64,000 nt of DNA, from NCBI GenBank assembly GCA_963850305.1, contig CAWKKR010000007.1, positions 640,001 to 704,000 on the forward strand, read 5' to 3'. Origin of the DNA: an uncultured delta proteobacterium. GTDB taxonomy: Bacteria > Myxococcota_A > Polyangia > Polyangiales > Polyangiaceae. The translations under genes were made by a program, and so were the position numbers. Shown here in pieces: positions 49,466 to 58,532 of the stretch. The notes beneath the pieces were generated by a model, which searched no databases, was not told the origin of the DNA, and saw only the letters and a list, made by a program, of their open reading frames with translations. Position 1 is the first letter of the stretch. The number at the start of each line of letters is the position of its first letter.

Positions 49466-52400
49466 TCACTCGCACGCAGTCGACGTCGTTCCGGTGATGA
49501 CTTGAATCCGGCCGCCGCCGCCGCCGCCGCCGCCGCGTGAGCCGGAGGGTGCGTTGGCGCCTGCGGTGCTTCCCGTGGTGGCACCGACCTTGAACGCCGT
49601 GCCGCCGGCTCCGCCGGTGTCGCTGCTGTTGCTGGCTCCCCCGATCGCCGCCGTGTTGTCCGTGGTGTGTCCGTTGTCGCCGCTGTTGAAGGTCGTGTTG
49701 TTGCTGCTCCCGCGGCCGGCGCTGCCGCCGCCGCCGTGAGCACGCGCGGCGCCGCCGGTGCCAAAGACCGGTGCCGCAGGCGACACGAGCAAAATGCCGC
49801 CGCCGCTGCCGCCGCCCCCGCCGCCGGCGGGCGACGACAGATTGGTCTGCTTCTGTCCCCCGCTGCCCTCCGTGGTGATCGTAGCCGCGCCGGTCGAGCC
49901 GATCGTCAGCGTTCCCGAGGCGCTGATCTCGACCGCGCCGCCGCCGAATCCGCCGAGGCCCGGCGTCGTCGCGTCACCGTTGGCGCCCGAGCAACCGCCC
50001 CTGAGGGGGATGAGCGTCGTGATCGTGCTGACCACGCCGCCGGCGCCCGAGCCCTTTCCGCCCGCCGTGCCGAAGCCGCCGCCGCCGCCGCCGTAGTGGC
50101 CTCCCGCCGTGCCGACGGTGCCCGTCTGGAGCGGCGTGGTGCACTGGCTCGCGATGCTTCCGCCGGGCCCCGGTCCTGCAGCAGTGGCCCCCGCGTCGAT
50201 CATGCCGCCCGAATCCACGAGCACGTTGCCCGAGACGAGGAAGACGATGGGCTTGTTGCCCTGGAGCCGGATGACGTGATTGTTCGTCACGGTGAGGCCC
50301 GTCAAGCGAACGACCATCACGGTCGGCCCCGACGAGTCTTCCTGCGCGACGCCGTTCGTGAAGTCCAGAGTGCCAAGCGCGCAGCTCGTGCTCGTGATGG
50401 AGCCGCTGGTCGAGTCAATCGTCGTCGTGCCAGCGGCGTTGCAGTTCCAGGCGGGAGATGTTTTGAAGTTCGTGGCCCACGGCGCTGGATCGACGTTGAC
50501 GGTGGGTGGCAGCGTCACGTTCGTGCAGCACGGAGCGCAGGAACCGCCGCAGTCGACGCCTGTTTCGGTCCCGTTCTTCACGCCGTCCGTGCACGTCGCG
50601 GCGACGCACTTCTTGCTGGTGCAGACGAGGCTCTGGCAGTCCGAAGCGACGGCGCATGCGTCGCCCGACGGGCAGCTCGGGCAGCTCCCGCCGCAGTCGA
50701 CGTCCGTCTCGGTTCCGTTCTTCACGGTATCCGAGCACGACGGCGCGGCACACGTGCCGCCGCTGCACACGCCGCTCGCGCAATCCTTCGCCGCCCCGCA
50801 TCGCTTTCCGTCCGCGCATTTCGAGCAGCTTCCGCCGCAGTCGATGTCCGTCTCGGTGCCGTTCTTTACGAAATCGGTGCACGTCCCAGCCTGGCAGGTC
50901 CCCGAGCAGACCAGGCTCACGCAATCGCTCGACACGAGGCAGTCGACGCTCGTGCCACACGCGGGACAGGTCCCACCGCCGCAATCCGTCCCGGTCTCCT
51001 TTCCGTTCGTGATGCCGTCGGTGCACGTTCCGGTCTGGCAGGCCCCGCCTGTGCAGTGTCGACTCGTGCAGTCGTTTGCCGCCGTGCAATGGTCCGAATC
51101 GGCGCAGGGAGGGCAACTCGGACCGCCGCAATCGACGTCCGTCTCGGTCCCGTTCTGCACGCCATCCCCGCAGCCCGGAGCCGCGCACACCTTGCTCCCC
51201 GGCGCGCAGAACGCCGTGGAGCAATCGGAGGCCGTTCCGCACTTTGCGCCGACGGCGCACGCCGGGCAGGTCGGACCGCCGCAATCGACGTCCGTCTCGC
51301 CCCCGTTCCGGACGTCGTCCGAACACGTCGCGTCGGCGCACGCGGATGCGGTGCACACTCCCGATGCGCAATCGGAGGCCTGCTTGCACGCCGTGCCGAT
51401 CGCGCATGCCGCGCAGGACGTGCCGCCGCAATCGATCCCCGTCTCTGCGCCGTTCATCACCCCGTCCGAGCACGTCGCGTCGGCGCACGCCGCTCGCGTG
51501 CACACGTCGCTCGAACAGTCGGTTGCGACGAAGCACGCGAGGCCGGACCCGCAGCCCGGGCACGAGCCGCCGCAATCGACGTCCGTCTCGGTCCCGTTCC
51601 GGACGGAGTCGCTGCACGTCGGGGCGCTACACGTGCTGCTGTTGCTGCACACCTTACTAGCGCAGTCGGAATTGATGTCACAGTGAGAGCCCGTCGCGCA
51701 ACCGACGCAGCCGCCGCCGCAGTCGACTCCGGTTTCGGCTCCATCGCGCACTCCGTCGGTGCACGCCGCATCCACGCAAATCCCGGACACGCACAATTCG
51801 GTCGCACAATCCGCGGGGCCCGTGCACGGCGTGCCGAGCACGCAGGCCGCGCAGTCCCCGCCGCAGTCGATGCCGGTCTCGGAGCCGTTCTTCAGCCCGT
51901 CCGCGCACGTAGCGTCCTGGCATGCCGTGGCCGTACACACGCCGCTCGTGCAATCGCCGCCGGACGCGCACGTTCCTCCCGGCCTGCACGGGCTGCATGT
52001 CGACCCGCCGCAGTCGACGTCCGTTTCGGCTCCATTCTTGATACCATCCCCGCAGGTCATCGAAGCGCACACGCCGTTCCCGCAGACGCCGCTCACGCAG
52101 TCCGTCGGGTTCGCGCACGCTCTTGCGTCCACGCAAGCCGGACAGTCCCCGCCTCCGCAGTCGATGTCGGTCTCGGCTCCATTCTTCACGCCGTCGCTAC
52201 ACGACGCGGCCGCGCACGTGCCGTCCGCGCACTCGAGGCTCACGCAATCCGCGGCCCCGAGGCAGCTCCGCGTGTCGGCGCACGCGGGACACGTTCCGCC
52301 GCCGCAATCGACGTCCGTTTCCGCGCCGTTCTTCACGCCGTCCGTACACGTCGAGCCGCCGCCGGACCCTGCGGCACCCGTCACGCCGCCGTCTCGGCCC

Positions 52401-52492
52401 GCGCCGTTGCTGAGATCGTCCAGTCCCGAGAGCGCGCAGCCCTGGACGAGCGCGCCGACCAGCATCGCTTCGAGCCAGACGATGATGCGCAC
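49466..52492 (-). CDS. Large Cys-rich repeat lipoprotein (13 CxDGxxNGxETDxDCGG repeats) with Gly-rich C-terminal domain
   Basis: Lipobox VQGC; 13 repeats of about 49 aa counted; C-terminal GGGGGGFG...GGxGGGA.EI...GGGGGSGGGILL domain. Confidence 0.85.
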   Translation of the reverse strand: MRIIVWLEAMLVGALVQGCALSGLDDLSNGAGRDGGVTGAAGSGGGSTCTDGVKNGAETDVDCGGGTCPACADTRSCLGAADCVSLECADGTCAAASCSDGVKNGAETDIDCGGGDCPACVDARACANPTDCVSGVCGNGVCASMTCGDGIKNGAETDVDCGGSTCSPCRPGGTCASGGDCTSGVCTATACQDATCADGLKNGSETGIDCGGDCAACVLGTPCTGPADCATELCVSGICVDAACTDGVRDGAETGVDCGGGCVGCATGSHCDINSDCASKVCSNSSTCSAPTCSDSVRNGTETDVDCGGSCPGCGSGLACFVATDCSSDVCTRAACADATCSDGVMNGAETGIDCGGTSCAACAIGTACKQASDCASGVCTASACADATCSDDVRNGGETDVDCGGPTCPACAVGAKCGTASDCSTAFCAPGSKVCAAPGCGDGVQNGTETDVDCGGPSCPPCADSDHCTAANDCTSRHCTGGACQTGTCTDGITNGKETGTDCGGGTCPACGTSVDCLVSSDCVSLVCSGTCQAGTCTDFVKNGTETDIDCGGSCSKCADGKRCGAAKDCASGVCSGGTCAAPSCSDTVKNGTETDVDCGGSCPSCPSGDACAVASDCQSLVCTSKKCVAATCTDGVKNGTETGVDCGGSCAPCCTNVTLPPTVNVDPAPWATNFKTSPAWNCNAAGTTTIDSTSGSITSTSCALGTLDFTNGVAQEDSSGPTVMVVRLTGLTVTNNHVIRLQGNKPIVFLVSGNVLVDSGGMIDAGATAAGPGPGGSIASQCTTPLQTGTVGTAGGHYGGGGGGFGTAGGKGSGAGGVVSTITTLIPLRGGCSGANGDATTPGLGGFGGGAVEISASGTLTIGSTGAATITTEGSGGQKQTNLSSPAGGGGGGSGGGILLVSPAAPVFGTGGAARAHGGGGSAGRGSSNNTTFNSGDNGHTTDNTAAIGGASNSSDTGGAGGTAFKVGATTGSTAGANAPSGSRGGGGGGGGRIQVITGTTSTACE

Positions 52493-52684
52493 CGTTACAG
52501 ACTAGCCGATATCCACGGGGTGCGGCGTCGAGCAGGCACCGACCTCGTCAACCACGTCGGTACACATGCCTACACTGCCCGCGACAGGCGATGGCTCGCG
52601 TGGAAGATCGAGTGTCCGGACGGCGTAGGGAACCGTTAGGCTCATGGGTTCGGAGCAGTCTCGCTCCGAGGTTCGGAGGGTCAG

Positions 52685-53347
52685 ATGAGACGGTTCTTCC
52701 AGGTTGCATCGTCGTTCGCCGTGTTCTTCGCTGCCGGGTTGGCGTTCGCCGATCCAATCCCGTCGCCGGACGCGCCCTCGATCGGCCCGGCGGCGGTGAC
52801 GCCCCCGAGCGCCGCACCCGCGGACTCGACGACCGTCGCGATGTCCCCGCGCGCGGCCGACGAGGAGCGCACCGCGAAGAACGTGCTCTACATCGAGGGC
52901 GGCGGTCCCGCGCTGCTTTATTCGCTCAACTACGAGCGAACCTTCGGCGACTTCTCCGGTCGCATCGGGCTCATGTACTTCTCCGTGTCCGCGAGCGGAG
53001 AGTCGTCCGACGGTTCGTCGGGAGGGAGCGCTTCGGCAGCGTTCCTCGGCGTCCCGCTCGAAGTGAACTATCTCGGGATCGGTTCGAAGAAAAACATGCT
53101 CGAACTCGGAATCGGCGCGACCATCTTTCACGCAGGTGAAGGTGCGTCGGCGTTCGGCGCGGGCTCGAAGACCTCGGCCAGTGCAGGGGCCACGTGGGTC
53201 TGGCCGAACGCGATCGTCGGTTATCGTTACCAGCCACCGGACGGAGGTTTCGTATTCCGTGCGGGGCTGGCGCCCATGGTGGCTCCGGGACTGATAGCGT
53301 TCATCCCGCTGCCCTATCTCGCACTCGGCGGCGCGTTTGGCCCCTGA
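52685..53347 (+). CDS. Secreted/outer-membrane beta-barrel-like hypothetical protein
   Basis: GGAGG RBS; signal peptide AFA-D; amphipathic strands (N.LY.E.GG...YSLNYER, GYRYQP..GGF.FR.G). Confidence 0.65.
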   Translation: MRRFFQVASSFAVFFAAGLAFADPIPSPDAPSIGPAAVTPPSAAPADSTTVAMSPRAADEERTAKNVLYIEGGGPALLYSLNYERTFGDFSGRIGLMYFSVSASGESSDGSSGGSASAAFLGVPLEVNYLGIGSKKNMLELGIGATIFHAGEGASAFGAGSKTSASAGATWVWPNAIVGYRYQPPDGGFVFRAGLAPMVAPGLIAFIPLPYLALGGAFGP

Positions 53348-53356
53348 CAGACTGAA

Positions 53357-53537
53357 GCGACCCTGGTGAGATCGGTGCCGCTCGCGACGCGGTCGGAGGC
53401 GACCCTGACGAGAGAAGGGCCGCTCGCGACGCGGTGAGAGGCGACCCTGGCGAGAAAAGGGCCGCTCGCGACGCGGTGAGAGGCGACCCTGGCGAGAAAA
53501 GGGCCGCTCGCGACGCGGTGAGAGGCGACCCTGACGA
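53357..53537. repeat. Intergenic 42-bp tandem repeat, about 4.3 copies
   Basis: Unit GCGACCCTGGCGAGAAAAGGGCCGCTCGCGACGCGGTGAGAG starting at 53357, 53399, 53441, 53483 and partially at 53525. Confidence 0.92.
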
Positions 53538-53641
53538 AATCTGTACTGATCACGACGACATCCGTGTCTCGCCTGGCGAGATCGGCGCGGCGTCTCCTGA
53601 GTGCGTGACAGGCCGCGTGGGTTGACCGACACTATAAGAGA

Positions 53642-54091
53642 ATGCGCGTTCGCGCCGGACGTTCGAGTTGGGTGCGAACGGCGGCCGTCGCCGCTCTCCT
53701 CGCCGGCTGTGTGCCGCGCGCACCGACGTCGATCTCCGCCGGCGTACCGTCCCGATCGCCGTCCACGGTGTGTCCCTTCGGGCTTCGCGGGGTGCGTGTC
53801 AGCGTGGATGACGTCGACGCGGGTATCGACGTGGCCTTCGTCGCGTTCGCGACGGACGTGGTCGAGCTCCGTCGGAGAGTGCACGCGGCGTTCGACGGCC
53901 AGGGCGAGGGCGCCGAGCCGCCCGCTCCGGGGGCAGAGCCGCCCACGACGAACGCGCGCATCACGTTCGAGGACGCCGGCAACGGCATGATGATGCACGC
54001 ACGCACTTCCGTGCCCGGCGACGTGAAGCCCCTCCGCAAGGAGATGCGCGCGCTCGTCGAGCGTGCCGCGAAAGTCAAAGAGTGCCAGTAG
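53642..54091 (+). CDS. Hypothetical lipoprotein
   Basis: Lipobox LLAGC; 149 aa with a duplicated (V.V.D...G)-like strand pattern. Confidence 0.6.
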   Translation: MRVRAGRSSWVRTAAVAALLAGCVPRAPTSISAGVPSRSPSTVCPFGLRGVRVSVDDVDAGIDVAFVAFATDVVELRRRVHAAFDGQGEGAEPPAPGAEPPTTNARITFEDAGNGMMMHARTSVPGDVKPLRKEMRALVERAAKVKECQ

Positions 54092-54207
54092 GCCGAGCGA
54101 CGCACAGGACCTTGTGCACGGGGCCTCTCACGAGGCAGCCCTCGACCGAGATCGCCCTGCCCCCTCGTCGGGATGTCGGGGCGCGCTGACGGAAGGTTCA
54201 GGATGGC

Positions 54208-55560
54208 TTAGAACATCACGCCATCTTGCACGTAGATGCCGAGCGGCAGGTTCGGGTTCTCGGAGACCGCGTCGGGCGAATAGGCGACGTCGATGCGAAA
54301 GACGCCGGCCTGTCCCCAGATCAAATAGAGTCCGCCGCCGGCGCCCCATTTCAAGCCGAGGCCGTTGCCGTCGGCCGACGCGCGGAAGGTGTAGTCGGAC
54401 CAGAGACGGCCGGCGTCGAACAGGAGGTCCCCGCCGAAGTGGAACGCTTCGCCGAGGATGTGAACGTCGAACAGCATCCGGCGGAGTTCGAGGTTGCCGA
54501 GCACCTTCAGGGGGCCCAGGTAACGACCGGACGGCACGCCGCGAATGGCCTCGGGTCCGCCGATCATCTCGTCGTTTCGAAACGGGCCGCCGGTGTAAAG
54601 GTCGAAGAAGGGCACGTTCCCGAACTGCGCGTCGACGACTCCGCGCGCCGCGAGCACGACGCCGGCGGCGATGGGTTGATACGTCGCGAGCATCGCCCCG
54701 AATGCGCCGTAATGGATGTTCGCGTCGATCGGGAATGCCTGCACGAGGCGAACGCCGATCTGGTGGTAGCTTCCCTTCCTCGGGAAGTATTCGTTGTCGC
54801 GCGTGTCGTAAACGACGCCCGCGCCCACGAGGAGGGATGCGGTGTCTTCCACGCCGGTGACGGCATGGGTCGAGGCGTCTTCGACGAGCTTGCTGCCGGA
54901 GTAGGGAACCGGCGTGTCGTAGCGAAATGTCGTGGCGAGCATGATGTCCCAGGGCGGACGCCACGCGAACCGAGTGAGCTCGCGCACGCGGGCCTCGCGG
55001 TCGTCGAACTGGAAGTAGCGGCCCGGGTTCCCGAGGATGTCCCCGGGCTTCGTGGGGCTCGAGGCGTTTCCGATGCCGTAGTAGCCGTGGTTGATGGTGC
55101 GCTCGTAGGACACCGCCGGGTTCACGCGGATCTGACCGCCGTCCAGGCCGGGCCAGTCGAGTTGCCAGAGGTAGTTCTGTTGCGTGATCTCGGCGCCGTT
55201 CGGGCCCGACTTCACGCTCGCGGCGAGGAGCAGATCCATGTTCCACACGTAGGGGCGGAGTCCGCCGCCGAAGCGCGTGAAGGTGCCGACGCCGCCGAAC
55301 TCGAACCCGATGTCGCTGTCTCCGCCGAGTAGCGGGAATCCCGCAGGTTCGGAGCGCGACGTGTCGTAGTCGAGCTCGTCCGACTCCGCGGCGATCTGCG
55401 TGATCGGAGCAGGGCTGGACGTGCTGACCACGATCTTCGGGATCGATCCGCCGGAAGGGGGGGCGGCCGGCGCGGCGCGCGCTCCTGCCGCGACGCACAG
55501 GACGGCCGTGACGGCCGAGGCGCGGGCGAGCGATGGGGGAGGGGATTCGGAGCTGGTCAA
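54208..55560 (-). CDS. Omp85/BamA-TamA-type outer-membrane beta-barrel without POTRA domains
   Basis: GFPLLGGDSDIGF, YDTRDNEYFP.KG, IRGVPSGRY.G, GNLELR, DAGR.W and FRIDVAYS motifs, terminal Phe; start uncertain (TTG 55560). Confidence 0.75.
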   Translation of the reverse strand: MTSSESPPPSLARASAVTAVLCVAAGARAAPAAPPSGGSIPKIVVSTSSPAPITQIAAESDELDYDTSRSEPAGFPLLGGDSDIGFEFGGVGTFTRFGGGLRPYVWNMDLLLAASVKSGPNGAEITQQNYLWQLDWPGLDGGQIRVNPAVSYERTINHGYYGIGNASSPTKPGDILGNPGRYFQFDDREARVRELTRFAWRPPWDIMLATTFRYDTPVPYSGSKLVEDASTHAVTGVEDTASLLVGAGVVYDTRDNEYFPRKGSYHQIGVRLVQAFPIDANIHYGAFGAMLATYQPIAAGVVLAARGVVDAQFGNVPFFDLYTGGPFRNDEMIGGPEAIRGVPSGRYLGPLKVLGNLELRRMLFDVHILGEAFHFGGDLLFDAGRLWSDYTFRASADGNGLGLKWGAGGGLYLIWGQAGVFRIDVAYSPDAVSENPNLPLGIYVQDGVMF

Positions 55561-55574
55561 GGCGCGGGCAAACG

Positions 55575-56279
55575 TCAGTGCGGAACGCGCAGACGATACC
55601 CGACACCCGGCTCGTTGATCAGATACTTGGGCTGCGCCGGCTCGGGCTCGATCTTGTACCTGAGCTTCTTCATGTAGACGCGCAGATACTGGACCTGCGT
55701 GGCGTAACCCGGGCCCCAGACCTCTTTCAGGATCTGGCGGTGAGTGAGCACGCGTCCCTGCGAGCGAATCATCAGGCGCAGGAGCCGGTACTCCGTCGGC
55801 GTGAGATGGATCTCGGCGCCGGAGATCGTCACGCGCCGCATGTCGAAGTCGACCATGAGGTCGCCGACCCGCGCGGTGCCGGAATCCCTCTCTTCGGCGT
55901 TCAGGTCCGAGTTTCGGAGGACGACGCGGATGCGCGCGAGGAACTCTCCCGTACCGAAAGGCTTGGTGACGTAGTCGTTCGCGCCCGCGTCGAGAGCGAG
56001 GATCTTTTGCTCCTCCTGCGCGCGCGCAGAGACCACGATGATGGGCACGGTGCTCCGCTCGCGGATCCGGCGCGTCACCTCGACGCCGTCGACGTCCGGG
56101 AGGCCGAGGTCGAGGAGGACCAGGCTCGGAGTCGAATCGAGCGCCCGCGAGATCGCTTCGAGTCCGTTCGAGACGAGCTCGCAGCGGTACCCCTGCTGCT
56201 TCAGCGTGACATGGAGCAGCGCGCGCGAGTGCGCCTCGTCGTCCACGACGAGGATCGTTGCGGGCTGGGCGGCCATCAT
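55575..56279 (-). CDS. KdpE-like OmpR-family response regulator
   Basis: ILVVDDE, LDLGLPDVDG, ALDAGANDYVTKPF, HLTPTEY, YLRVYM..LR.KIE and NEPGVGYRL; ATGA overlap with kinase stop. Confidence 0.9.
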   Translation of the reverse strand: MMAAQPATILVVDDEAHSRALLHVTLKQQGYRCELVSNGLEAISRALDSTPSLVLLDLGLPDVDGVEVTRRIRERSTVPIIVVSARAQEEQKILALDAGANDYVTKPFGTGEFLARIRVVLRNSDLNAEERDSGTARVGDLMVDFDMRRVTISGAEIHLTPTEYRLLRLMIRSQGRVLTHRQILKEVWGPGYATQVQYLRVYMKKLRYKIEPEPAQPKYLINEPGVGYRLRVPH

Positions 56280-57373
56280 GCGACCTCCGAGACGCGAGAC
56301 TCGGCGACGTATCGTTCGAACGCATCCGCGCCCTTGTCGACCGGCAGCGCGAACGTGACCACCGTGCCGCCGCCCGCGCGGTTTTCGAGCCAGATATGAC
56401 CCTGGTGCGCCGTGATGATCGCCCGGCAAATGGTGAGACCGAGGCCGAAGCCGCCGTCGGTTCTCTGATCCCCTCGATACAGTCGTTCGAAGACCTTGTC
56501 CTCGGCGCCCCGCGGAACGCCGGGTCCGCGATCGGCTACCTCGACGAGAATGCGCTCGTCCTCGTACCGGGCGGTGAGTTCGATGGGTGACGAGGGGGGC
56601 GTGTAGCGCATCGCGTTCTCGATCAGATTGATGAGGACCTGTTCGACGAGGACCGGATCGAAGCAGGCGAGGGGCACCTCCTCCGGCACGTCCGTGCGCA
56701 CCGTGCGCCCTGCGAGGGCGTGTTCCAGCCGGACCAGCGCCGAGCCGATGACTTCGTCGATCGCCTGCGGCGTCCCTTTCACGCGAACTCGCCCGGACTC
56801 GAGCCGGGTGAGCTCGAGCAGGTTTTTCACGAGGCGCGCCAGCCGCTCCGATTCCTCCGACACCATGCGGGTCAGCTGACGGCGCTCCTCGGCGCCGAGG
56901 GTGTCTTCGTACAGCGCGCGGCTCGCCCCGACGATTGCGTTCAAGGGCGCCCGCAGATCGTGGGACATCGCGCTCAGGAGGGCATTCCGTAGCCCCTCGA
57001 CGTGAGCCTGTCGCCGAGCGTGGACGGCCTGCCGGCGGAGGCGGTCGGTCAGCACGCTGACGACGCCGGCGACGGCGAGCATGATGCCCATGGTGAGCAC
57101 GCTCTGTCCGTCCCCGACGGAGAGCGCGTTCTCCGGCGGGACGAAGAGGTAGTCGAAGGCGAGCACGCCCCCCAGCGCGGCAAAGATGGCGGGGCCTATC
57201 CCGTACCGCGCCGCTACGACGAGGACGCCGAGCGGGAAGAGAAGCACCCGGTCCGCGAGTCCGAGCACGCCGGTGCCCGCGAGCGAGACGGCCGAGCATG
57301 CAGCGACGACGGCGAGGGCGACGACGTACCCCGCGACCCATCGAGAGGGCCGGCCGTCATCGTCCGGAATCAT
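56276..57373 (-). CDS. KdpD-like sensor histidine kinase, short form (DUF4118, HisKA, HATPase only)
   Basis: Four TM helices with FDYLFVPP; E.LRNALLSAMSHDLR.PL; NLIENA.RY; DRGPGVP; GLGLTIC; no N-terminal KdpD/USP domain. Confidence 0.85.
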   Translation of the reverse strand: MIPDDDGRPSRWVAGYVVALAVVAACSAVSLAGTGVLGLADRVLLFPLGVLVVAARYGIGPAIFAALGGVLAFDYLFVPPENALSVGDGQSVLTMGIMLAVAGVVSVLTDRLRRQAVHARRQAHVEGLRNALLSAMSHDLRAPLNAIVGASRALYEDTLGAEERRQLTRMVSEESERLARLVKNLLELTRLESGRVRVKGTPQAIDEVIGSALVRLEHALAGRTVRTDVPEEVPLACFDPVLVEQVLINLIENAMRYTPPSSPIELTARYEDERILVEVADRGPGVPRGAEDKVFERLYRGDQRTDGGFGLGLTICRAIITAHQGHIWLENRAGGGTVVTFALPVDKGADAFERYVAESRVSEVA

Positions 57374-57448
57374 TTCCGCGCGACGCTCGCCGCGCAATCG
57401 GGCCGTCCGCAACACCGGGGAACGATACCACGGGTCGCGACGGCGAGG

Positions 57449-58264
57449 TTATTCGCAGCTCGCCGTGCCTCCCGAGGAGACGACGCACGCCTGGCCCGCC
57501 TTGCAAGTGACAGAGCTGCACGGGTCCGTCTCGCAGGTTGCCGAGCCGTCCGACTGGGCGACGCAGACGTCGCCTGTCTTGCATGTCACGCTCGTGCACG
57601 GGTCGGTCTCGCACATGCCGACGCCCGACTGGGCGACGCAGACCTCGCCCGCCTTGCACGTCACCCCCGCGCACGGATCGGTGTTCCCGACGCACGCACA
57701 GACCGCTGGGTCGTCGTTCCAGGTCTGCCCCGCTCCGCACGTCTTGGCGGCCTTGCACTCGCACACGCCGCCGCGGTCACGAGAGAGCCCGCCGAAGAAG
57801 AACGGGAACGGCATCCCATGATGGTCCTGGACCGAGCATGTCCCGGAACCCGGGCACGACGCGCCGTTCTCCCCGCACGCGGGCGCCGTGGCGCACGCTC
57901 CGTAGTGATCGATCGACGTGCCTCCTTGCACGGCCTCGCAGAAGTTGCCGTACGTCACGCCGTCGCAGCCGCAGACCTTGGCGACGTTCGACGGGCAGTG
58001 CTTCGGTCGATCGACGCAGATCCCCATGTGCTCGTTCGAACACCCGTTCGCGAGGATTGACGCGCAGACGCGTTCGCCGCCGCACTCCTTGGCTTCGCGT
58101 CCGCCACACACGCCGAAGGGGAGCGACAGATCGCTCGCGACGGTTCCGGTCGTCGCGTTCGTCTCCGACGGCGGCGACGCGCCGCTGCAGCCGGCGCACA
58201 GAGCCAGCAGGACGAATGACATCGGAAAGCCTCTGGTCACGTCGAGTAACGCGAATCTCGCCAT
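57449..58264 (-). CDS. Cys-rich lipoprotein with Kazal-type domain and three follistatin-N-like repeats
   Basis: GGAGG RBS; signal ending CAGC; CP....KVCGCDGVTYGNFCEA....G.C Kazal motif; 3x DPC..VTCK.G..CV.......CE. Confidence 0.75.
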   Translation of the reverse strand: MARFALLDVTRGFPMSFVLLALCAGCSGASPPSETNATTGTVASDLSLPFGVCGGREAKECGGERVCASILANGCSNEHMGICVDRPKHCPSNVAKVCGCDGVTYGNFCEAVQGGTSIDHYGACATAPACGENGASCPGSGTCSVQDHHGMPFPFFFGGLSRDRGGVCECKAAKTCGAGQTWNDDPAVCACVGNTDPCAGVTCKAGEVCVAQSGVGMCETDPCTSVTCKTGDVCVAQSDGSATCETDPCSSVTCKAGQACVVSSGGTASCE

Positions 58265-58532
58265 GGTGCCTCCGTGCGTGCGCTGCGATCGAGTGCGCAT
58301 GTTCTATGGACACCCTACAGGCCGAGATATTCGAGTCAAGGCGCGCTCCGACAAACGTCGTTGACGGATCTAGTCGCGTGAAGCCACCCACATCGTCGCT
58401 GCCAGAAATCGCGGGATAATCCGGCGACGCGACGTGACATCGACATCTGGTGCCGCGTGTTCTCACATCCTACACGGACGCCGGGGGCGATGTGTGTTTC
58501 GACCGCAGATCTGGCGATCTGCTCCCTCGAAA

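Noticed and set aside
49667..52639. Long plus-strand ORFs (990 aa, 468 aa) and similar ORFs over 39926-42286
   Set aside because: Antisense shadows of the Cys-rich repeat genes; Ala/Arg- or Pro/Gln/His-rich translations typical of off-frame high-GC DNA.
53357..53537. Possible CRISPR array
   Set aside because: Units are contiguous with near-identical intervening sequence, no unique spacers and no cas genes.
55561..57341. Apparent long fusions (705-aa Omp85 ORF and 588-aa response-regulator ORF)
   Set aside because: The extensions overlap genuine upstream genes in other frames and translate as Arg-rich junk.
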